The translations under genes were made by a program, and so were the position numbers. From the human T2T-CHM13v2.0 reference genome, Homo sapiens, in the NCBI RefSeq assembly GCF_009914755.1, contig NC_060936.1: 64,000 bases of DNA; one strand, given 5' to 3'. How positions within the stretch are numbered: the first letter of the stretch is position 1; each line of letters starts with the position of its first letter. Under the pieces are notes generated by a model. The model ran no database searches and was not told the DNA's origin. It saw only the letters and a program-made list of their open reading frames with translations. Below, one piece after another: positions 54,804-64,000 of this stretch.

Positions 54804-56359
54804 GTCTTCTTTACTCCCCTTTCAGGGAGAGCTGTGCTTTTCAGGGAGGAAGCTGCAATGATGGTAGCAGACATCAGACACGTGGGACAAAGTGTTGAGA
54901 GGCCAGGCAGTGGCTGCAGTACCCCTGTGGCCCAGATGGCACAACTAGTCAGCTGTGGTGCTAAGATGGCAGCTTCTCACGTTTTTAATCAATAATTTTT
55001 ATGAATTTACGTGATAGGTTAGAGTTCTAGAAGTATTTAGCAAGACATAAGTGTTCAATCTATTTTTCATATGAAAACTTAGCTTATTCTGTGTTGGTGG
55101 AAGCCCCGTGGTCAGTCCTTGGGAAGAGCCCTGTAGAAGTCAGGTGAGAGGCCTGAGCTCACAGCACCTGTAACCAACGGTGCAATACTAGGCCGAGGGC
55201 AGGGCTCTGCCTGTAGCCAAAATTTCCCTGTAGAAAACATTTTTCCTTGCTCAGGCCTCATTTTTTAACATTGCTGCAAGTTCAAGATGCAATCAGGATG
55301 GAAACGGGTCCTTTGGGCCTGCATCAGGAGTGAAGAGGAGTGGAGGGTGTGTATGATTACTGGTGGTGGCATCCTCACAGGATTGACTTTGTATATTGAT
55401 GGAAGTCCTTCCTGACCATGTTATTATTCATTGCAACAATTTTAGTTAGTTAATTATTTATTACATTGTTCCCCCTAGTAGATGTAATGGAACAAGAATC
55501 TTTATACAAGGACTATACAAATGCTGTCCTTCTACCTTATATAATGGAAGGCACTTTTGCCAGTTCAAGATAATTGCTATCATTAAATATTGATAGAGCA
55601 TAGCTGTTTTTTTTTTAAATTTCTAGAAGTAGAAATAGAGGAAAGAACTCTGGGAAATATAATCAATGTGTCCTGGACTTATCATCCAACGGGCACCAGG
55701 TCTCAAGGAGGAAGAAAATTATTTGGGAGAAGAATGCTTTTCTTTTTGATTTTTAATAAGAGACCTCCCAGGTGCTGACTATTGTCTGAGCTGTGAGAGA
55801 AAGGAGACATTTTACAAGGCAGAAGGGAAGAAAGAACAAGCACTTTTAAAGATCAAGCCAGAGTACAACTGTGTGTGTTCTTTAACCTTGGGCATGCTGC
55901 CCAGAAAAGAATGCAGAAGGAAAATATAAGTTGGCTTCTGCAATTGGAGTAAGACTAATTAGAAGAAGGAGGCAGAGGTCTTTGAGATCACTATACGGAA
56001 TGGAGTCTCAGGCTGAACGATTAAATCTGAAACAACAGCAGGCCTTGGACAGATGAAAGCAAATCAAATTGTGAGTGGGAGTCAACTTTGCCTCAAGCAG
56101 GCTAAAGAACAGAGAAGGCAAGTCATAGGGTCCTCTCCAGCAGGGCCCTAGCCCGCCTGGAAAAGGCAGAGTTATGCCCTCTTCCTCCTTTCCCAGAGCA
56201 ATTGGAGTGGTTTTATTCTCATAAAAATAAAATAAATGTATTCATTCACTTTCTCTTTCCAAAAACGGTTTGAAGAGTTAATAGAACATTAAGGGCAAGC
56301 TTAAACGAAGGCAAATAACTCACAAAGGGACAATGTGGGGGTCTCAAGTAGGAGTTTCT

Positions 56360-57320
56360 GCCCTAGGACCGGTGGAGGGGATGGATTTGCCTCGTTGCTT
56401 TGGTGATAGCGTGCGATGGCGGCGGTGGGAACAGGAGCTGTTTAACACGTGATCGCTGTGTGTGTGCGTGTTTGTGTGTAGGAGTGGTTTGCCTTAACCA
56501 CCTATCACTAGGCTTCACAGATTTGGAAGGGAGTATGTGTTTCACTTAGGACCCAGAGAATGGGGATATATGGGGTACTTCCCTAACATTTAGACGCCCT
56601 GCTGTCTCCTAGTCTGGTCATGAATGCTTCTGAGGAGGTCTCAGGACGCTTGACGTCATCAGGTGGAACCGCGCACGCACTTCCTCCCTCTGCCAGTTCT
56701 CAAGTCAGCACAGCCCCGGGACCCCACGGTGTGGAAACACCACCCCACTGGTTCTCCTAGGGCAGTGTGGACATTGTTTGGCCATCTTTTTCCAGCTCTC
56801 AATTTTTTTTCTCAGGTGCATCTCGATGAGATGAGACCCAGCAAAAGAAAAGAAACCTTAACCTGGGATCGAAAAAAAGCATTTGAAATAAAATCAATCA
56901 TCTTAGAATCAGGGCGTGGCAAAGGAACACTCAGGACTGTGGGTAGTGGTAGGACACACTCACATGTCTCACACAGATGTGCAAAGGAAATAGAGTTTGT
57001 TTCTTAAAACTTACGCGATCTTCCTTACCGACCGCACTCTCCTGGATGGTAGTAGTTAGGGAAAGACGCGGAAACCAACTTTAAACTTGCCAATTAACGC
57101 TATTCCAGAACCTTGGGATTTAAATAGTCGCTCTCGGATGACTTAGTTTCTTTTGGGTAAGTGTTTAGTCGTTTATATTTCCACCTCATGCCCCTCCCCC
57201 TCTAGGATGGCCCCTGGATAGATCAGGGTGTGGGGCATGTGTGACCTCACGTTAGCAGGGTAGACACGGGAGTTTCCGATGCATGCGGGGCCCTTTGCAT
57301 CCTCACTGGTCTTTACTGCG
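56360..57320. promoter_or_regulatory. CpG-enriched candidate promoter/enhancer
   Basis: About 35 CpGs in ~960 bp of non-repeat DNA (hand count); E-box CACGTG 56446-56451, full CRE TGACGTCA 56651-56658, GCGCACGC and ETS-like CACTTCCT 56678-56685. Confidence 0.55.
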
Positions 57321-59309
57321 TGATAGCTGAACTAGTCTGTTCCCTGAGCTGCTGTTGGAGATGGGCCTATCTGGCTACTTGGAGATCAGGTACCTAGCAC
57401 CGAGTTCATGCTTTTGCCTCTGGCCATGCAGTTCTTGGATGCTGTAACCGTTTTATCCTGATTGCAATCCTCCACAGGCCCTCCTGTCCTGGAACACCTG
57501 ATCCAGGGCGGACAGGAGGTCCCAGATCTCTTGTGAACCTTCCTGGGCCTTGGGAAGCCAGGAGCGCTGCCAGGGCCCTTCTGTTTAGCCTCCTCTCTCT
57601 ACCAGTCTGAACTTTTGTTCCCATGCTATTTGGGATGAGGCCCTGGGTATGTTTACTCTTGTGCCTTGCAGGCTCCCCAAACTATGCCGAGGGGAGCTTG
57701 CCAGTACAAATCCCACTAACTCATGTGCTCGCCCATATCTACCTGGATGCTTCTACCGTGTCTTTTCCTCCCAGGGTTTCGCTTCAGAGGCGATAAGTGA
57801 AATCATGAGTATTTTATCTGTTATTGCTTCTCTCTCCTCCCCATATTCCACTGGGGTTTGAAACACGAAGGGCTTCCATTTTCTCTTCCTGTCTGGTCGG
57901 AACTTTCTTGACCCTATACTCTCCTTCTTCTTGCGGTGGCATGTACTTTCCCTCCCACCACAGCGTAATGATGAAATGACTGCCAGGGAACCCTCACCAT
58001 ACATCAGTAATGGTTTCACAAATATTTTTCCCATTATGTGTATCAGGAGACAGTGGTGAGCCCCTTTGTCCTTACAATTGTTATGGAAGTTTTCTTTTGT
58101 AACAGTTGTCCAGAAATGGAATAGGACTGGTGATTGCTCAAATACTATTTATGGTTTACTATTTAAACATTAAAACTATGAATGTGGAAACAGAAACCTT
58201 TGCCTCTGTAAATTGAGCATCTGCAATTTTTGTGTTACAAACTACCATTAACCCTCTTTGTTTTCAGAGCTTGGGATGTTGCAAAGGTCCTGAAAAAAAT
58301 TTTTGCAGTTTGGCTGGAAATGTTCATGCTTGATTTCAACACATTTACAGAGCATTCACAGGAAATAATTGCAAGTTCACACAATATGCTCTGTGGGTGT
58401 GATTCGGATCAGCTCTCAAGAGCACGGAATGAAGGCTTTCAGCCATTTAGGCAAAGAAACATTAAAATAATGATAAAAGGATCCCACTGCAATTGAAGGG
58501 AGTGAAAAAGAATTAGATAGTAAGGCACACATTTTATCTTCCTTGGGATCAAAAGCTGCTGGGCACACCAGTGGATCTGAATTCTATTATATTGAGAAGT
58601 ATTCTTAGGGTTTTAAGGATTTGAGCCATGTTAGTTTTGTTTGTTGAATCCTGGTCATAGTAACATTTCACTTCATGGGGGAATAATAGGAGGTAGCAGG
58701 GAAGGCTCACAGAATGGAGCTTACTCTTTATGAGAAAAAAATGTGCTAAAGATTTGAGACTTTATTGTTACCAAATGTGGAAGAAAGTATTTTTATGATG
58801 CCAGTCTTGTCTCCTGAGACCTCTGAGTTGCTAAACATTGATCTAAACACTGTGAGGGCTGAACAGGAAAATGCGAGATGGGACCCTTACCTTAACATTC
58901 ATATGAGCTGTTTTGGGGGGTAAAACATGCTTCTGTGGAAGGACTAAATGCAAGTTAACACAAATTAAAGTGTGCCCAGCCTAAGAAACAGAAATCTGAA
59001 AACCTGAACACAGAAGACCAAAATCTTAGAGTATATAAAACAGTGATTTGCATAGCCAATGATCAAATATAGGATATACTAAAAATGTAAATATATGCTT
59101 CAATTTATTAATAATGATAGCTTGCATCTGTGTTGCCCTTGACTGTTTTCACAGCATTTTCACATACTTATTTTCACACTTCTCACTACTGTTGACCTAT
59201 TGACCCATTTTTCTGGGACGCAGATATAAGGCAATTGTTAAAGTGTCATACAATTATTATGCCATAGAATCATCACTACTATTTCCTTTTCAGTTGGTTT
59301 TTAAAACAA

Positions 59310-59437
59310 TTTTTTCTTTTGGTAGAGACATCTCACTCTGTTACCCTGGCTGGTCTTGAACTCTTGGCCTCAAGCAATCCTTCTGCCTTGGCCTCCCAAA
59401 GTGCTGAAATTATAAGCTTGAGCTACCATGTCTGGTC
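59310..59437 (-). mobile_element. FLAM / Alu left monomer
   Basis: Single monomer ggctggtcttgaactc...ggcctcccaaagtgctg with T tail. Confidence 0.85.
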
Positions 59438-60282
59438 TGATTTAACTTAGTAAGAATATTGCTTTTACCATAGCACTGTACTCCAAAAATCCTATGTCTA
59501 CTACAAAAGTTTTTAGTTTCACTGTTGAATTTTTTCATGAGATAGACAGAAATACTGGAAATACTGGAGCTATTTTTGGAATTAACTGATATTGTATTTG
59601 AAACTTCAGTAATGACAATGACATAAAACTGACAGTTTCAACTTTTGAAGTTTTTTTCTGCTTATGGAGTCACTCCACACAGCTTTCACTTTACCTTTTG
59701 TATATGCACAGAAATATTTGGAATAAAAAGTAAGTGAAATTTATTTAGAAGAACAGTCATTTGATATAAATAAAAAGTCATGCCTCACAGAATAATACAT
59801 AAACACATGTTCTGCAGCTGAAAGTGCTAAATCTTCATCTCTGGGCATAGTCGTCTTAAAATAATTAACTTTTGAAGTAGATGAGGATGCTTCTTAGGTT
59901 TGTCTTCAGGTTTTCATGTGGTCAGTGATATCACGATGGCCCTCATGGTGGATGGTAAGTAAGTCTTAACAAATGTTCTTGAGACGTAGAAATTCAATAC
60001 TTAATTTTTTATTAATAGGCACTTTTAAAAAGATCATTGCAGCTGAAGAGTTTATTACAAAATAAAAAAATTACTGAACACCATATTATAAATGACAAAA
60101 TCACTTTGGTAAGAGCTTTCAGACTACTTTCTATGATACATTCTATGGTGAAACTGTTCAGACTGTACTCTGATATGTAATGTAATTTCCCACATTTCCC
60201 TCTCAATGGTTAGCTGGGAGCCTGGCGTCTCTATGCATTTAGGCATTTCACACAGGCTGGTCCACCTGGCTTATTCATGAAA

Positions 60283-60301
60283 TCGCCAGCAGAGGGAGGA
60301 A
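60283..60301 (+). promoter_or_regulatory. Candidate CTCF site
   Basis: TCGCCAGCAGAGGGAGGAA, a good match to the CTCF core CCAGCAGAGGG(C/A). Confidence 0.5.
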
Positions 60302-60344
60302 TGATGAGTAGTCTCCTACCACCCGACACTGGAAGTTCGCGAGT

Positions 60345-60406
60345 GCTTGGATCTGAGTATCTTTTGTCATGTGGGCTTGTATCTGAGTATCTTTTGTCAT
60401 GTGGGC
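60345..60406. repeat. Tandem duplication, 30 bp x2 (one mismatch)
   Basis: gcttg(g/t)atctgagtatcttttgtcatgtgg at 60345 and 60375. Confidence 0.93.
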
Positions 60407-61322
60407 AAGCATGCACCCTGCATGCTGTTCTTGAAAGTGAGCTATTAATCACGTTGCTCTGAAAAGGGCTGGGAAAAGAGAGATGGATTGTTGATCATCT
60501 TTTCGTTTTAAACCATGTGTTAAAGTTAGATCTCTGTTCACTGCCCTGTGTGCCTTACACAAAGCCAAGTAAGAATTATGGCAGAAGCTGGAAGTACAAA
60601 GTGGAAGTCTACCAAACCTATCCTGACTTATTTTAATGCAGCTTTAATAAAAATTCCTCAAATGGGACAAATGCTAAACTAGTCCTGGGTCAACAGGCAT
60701 AAGCCAGTGCTGGCCCAGGGATGAGGAGAATGATATTCACTCTAGTTAAGGACAAGCAACCTCTTTTCTTTACCACATCTTATCCCTTCACATTTGAAAC
60801 TTTCTTCTCTGCCCCAGATGGATCTCTTCTCTAAGTCAAGCATCCTTATTTCTTTCCTCTGTTCATCATATGAGGTGGATCCCTGCATTGTCCCCTTTTT
60901 GGGTGAAGGGTAGGACTACTCAGTGTCCAGACTTTGACTTCATGTTTGATGAACTGTTCAACTAGTTGTTTCTACCTGTGTGGATTAGCTTCTCTGGCTC
61001 TGCCCTTTGACATGATGGGCTTAAGAGGGGTTTATAGGAAAAGAAACTGAGGGACCAAATAGGCAACCATTTCGTGTTCCCAGTTCTACCTGAAGAACAA
61101 GTGTGATCCCATCCTGTTCATTTTACCTCTGTCCTGTACTGTCTTCTTCATCTGCTTCCTTCATGACATTTCAGAGCTCTCTGTGCATCTGGGTCTGTCT
61201 CACGTTATGCAAAAGCAGGTGTAGAGGCCACTGAGTCTGCTTTCTTTATCTAATCACAGTGGTCTAGCTCACCTTCATGCTTCCTTTAACCTGGGGGATA
61301 GATATGCTTACCACATCCTGTA

Positions 61323-61556
61323 TTTTTTTTTCCCAAGACTTGACCTCCCAGGCTCAAGTGAGTTTACCGCCTCAGCTTTCCAAGCAGCTGGCACAACAGG
61401 TGTGCACCATGATGTCTGGCTAATTTTTTGTATTTTTGTAGAGATAGAGTTTCGCCATGTTGCCCAGGCTGGTCTCAAATGCCTAGGCTCAAGCCATCCA
61501 TCTGCCTCAGCCTCCCAAAGTGCTGGGACTACAGGCATGAGCCACCATGCCTGACC
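61323..61556 (-). mobile_element. AluJ with deleted distal right arm
   Basis: Left arm and linker present; right arm ends at ttgacctccc and joins a T run. Confidence 0.85.
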
Positions 61557-62024
61557 CTTTGTTGTTCTTATAGAACTCATGTATTACTGTAAATGAGCAC
61601 CCTTCTAATGATAAAGATATACTTTGTTCTAGAAACAGAATTAAAATAATTTCTTAGATTTCTTCTGTGGCTTATTTCCACAAAATGTGATCCATGCCCT
61701 TATGGAACTACTGGTTGCTCTTTAACTTAGATACCTGTTGTGTGAACCATCAGGCATGAGGAACACACTAGTTCTCTAATCTCCTGCTAGAGATGCTTCC
61801 CTAGATCTCCTTTCCCTACTTCATCTGTGTTCATTACATTCTCCCCACATTGCTCCAGGCAGAAGGTGAAAACATCGGGGCAGGAGATAGCAAGGAGGTG
61901 AGCGCAAGACTGGACAACTTCACAAAGTGATTAGACAGAGCAGAGGACTGTAGAAGGTGGTGAAAGTGATTCCTGTCTCACTCTTCACCCATAAAAATGG
62001 TGCAGAACTTAGATTTGTCAGTAG

Positions 62025-62610
62025 GATCATAGAATGCTGCTATTACTGATCAGAATCTTTGCAATCATATGGTTCCAATCCCTTCATTTCATAAAAGAGA
62101 AATAAGAAGTTGAAGGAGGCATCAGTCTGGGAGTAGAATATGGGTCTCTTAATTCTGTTCATCACCATATCTTCTTATTCATGGGTGCCTGGCATAGCAA
62201 AAGCTGGGGGGCAGAGGAGAAAAGACTAGGAGTATTGGAAAGAGTATTGTTTTGGGAGTCAGAAAATTTATGTTCTAGTACCAGCTCTGCCATCAAATAT
62301 CTGTGTAATTTTAGGGAGTCAATTTGCCTTTCTAAACATTAGTGTTCTCATTTATAAATTGATAATATCTAAAGTCTCTTTCATTTCTAAATCTCCACTG
62401 AATTGCTGCTTTCCTTCTAGCATTCACTAAGATTTACTTTTAGCTAGATTCTATTCTAAATACATAATCATATTTAACCTTTAAGGAATTCTGAGGTATA
62501 TTCTGTTATTATTCTATTTTACAGATGAGGAAACTGGAAAGCAGAGAGGTTAAGTAACTTGCTCAAAGTCATGGGACTAATAAATGGAAGATGAAACATG
62601 ACTCCAAAAC
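62025..62610. mobile_element. Cluster of MIR-family fragments
   Basis: ttttgggagtcagaa...ctctgcc (62250) and attttacagatgaggaaactgg...agagaggttaagtaacttgctcaaagtca (62516). Confidence 0.75.
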
Positions 62611-63344
62611 CCACTCAGTGGGTGAAAGATAAATGTGTGTGTGTGTGTGTGTGTGTGCGCACGCACAAATGAAGGAGCTTCGGAATCTGCAATATTCACT
62701 GAGAGGGGTGTCCAGTAATAAAGAGCTGAGAAACATTGGCTTGAGTCCTACAAGCCTATGTAAGATATATATTTTGAATACATTTATGGACTGCTGTTGC
62801 CAGTCGAAGTCTTTTTGCAAATTGTCAAAAATGAAAGCATTTTCTTATTGAGCAACCAGGCACAAGTGGCATAGCTCTTAATTCTTAGATCTCAGAACAC
62901 TTACCAATCACTCTGGCTTCATAAAATGCCTTTGTTCACCTTGGCTTGCAATCACATTTCCCTGATTCCTTCTTTGAGTTAAAATATTTTTCTCTACTCT
63001 TCTGAAACAGAGGCTAAAATTAATAGACAATATTACAACAGGCAATTCGTAATCAGAGAATTGATTTAAGACCTATTATGACAGGTAAGCAAAAGTGAAA
63101 TTTTAATGAGGGCTTGGAACAACACTTTTTCCTCTTTGATTCCTCAAATGACTGATGGTTTGTCATTTTTAAAAGGGCTTATATTTTGCACTGTCATTAT
63201 GCTAGGTATAATGCCATATATTCTCTCCTATGAGGTGGTTTCTCAAATAGAACATACCTGAAGTTTTCCATCTCCCAAGGAAAAATGCTCATAGCATTAC
63301 TTCTTGAAGTGCATAGTTCTTATAAAACAGTAATCTTCAAAATC

Positions 63345-63526
63345 TTTTGCTTTATTGAGAAATAATTTACATGCACAGACCTTAAGTTCAATGACTTCTG
63401 ACAAATATATGCACCCATATATCATTATTGAAATTGAGATACAAAACATTTTTATCATCCTCAAAATTTTCTGTGTGGTCTTTTTAGTCAAATTCTCTCA
63501 CTAAAGACAACCACTATAGATACGGT

Positions 63527-63561
<35 letters not shown>

Positions 63562-63650
63562 GTTGTCTTCAACTTCACTTAAATGAAAGAATACAATATT
63601 TACTTTTTTACTGACTATTTTTTCCCATTCAACATACTGTTTTGAGCTTC
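63345..63650 (-). mobile_element. L1M 3'-end fragment with an internal T32 run (63528-63559)
   Basis: tttattgagaaataattt...ttcaatgacttctgacaaatatatgcaccc. Confidence 0.7.
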
Positions 63651-64000
63651 ACACAGGTAACACATAAGGTGGTGAGTTATCACAGTCATGGACATGGTGC
63701 CAGAGAAGCAGCAGACGGTGCACAAAAAAACCTGTGTGGGTTAGGCAAGGTCTCCTAGAGGAAGTGATGCTGAGTTGATCCCTGAAGACAGGTAGTACTT
63801 CAGGAGGTGGGCCTTTGGGAAAAATCCTTTATCTGTCTTCTGACCTACACATATATGTCAGCACTGTGGCCTAGGGCAGAAAAGGTGCCATTAAAGGTGG
63901 GTAAAATGGGAGAGAGAGCAGATAGGTTTTCCCATCATACACCTGTGCCTGATATTAGCCCAGGTGAAAACGAAGCAGGCTGTCTGAGGTGGGCAGATAA

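Overview
Repeat-dense, apparently non-coding hominid (human-like) genomic DNA. I find no credible host protein-coding exon. The ORFs I could recognise are decayed L1 ORF2, ERV-L gag/pro/pol, Alu- or LTR-derived, or low-complexity artefacts; the rest are short and unrecognisable. Main contents: five primate L1PA insertions (all minus strand), many ancient L1M/L2/MIR fragments, seven Alu-family elements (including a head-to-head pair 25 bp apart and a young AluYe5-like copy), numerous MaLR/ERVL/ERV1 LTRs, and several DNA-transposon remnants. The largest element is a ~6.2 kb ERV-L (MLT2/HERV-L-type) provirus at 34110-40354 with dissimilar LTRs, a deleted integrase/dUTPase region, a nested ERV1 LTR and a perfect 3x63-bp repeat. 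A repeat-poor, CpG-enriched segment at ~56.3-58.5 kb has CRE/E-box/ETS motifs and a chain of good plus-strand splice sites, suggesting a promoter/enhancer and possibly a spliced lncRNA. I see no evidence for a wholly new biological system. Subfamily names come from recalled consensus sequences and boundaries of old elements are approximate; both need RepeatMasker/Dfam confirmation.
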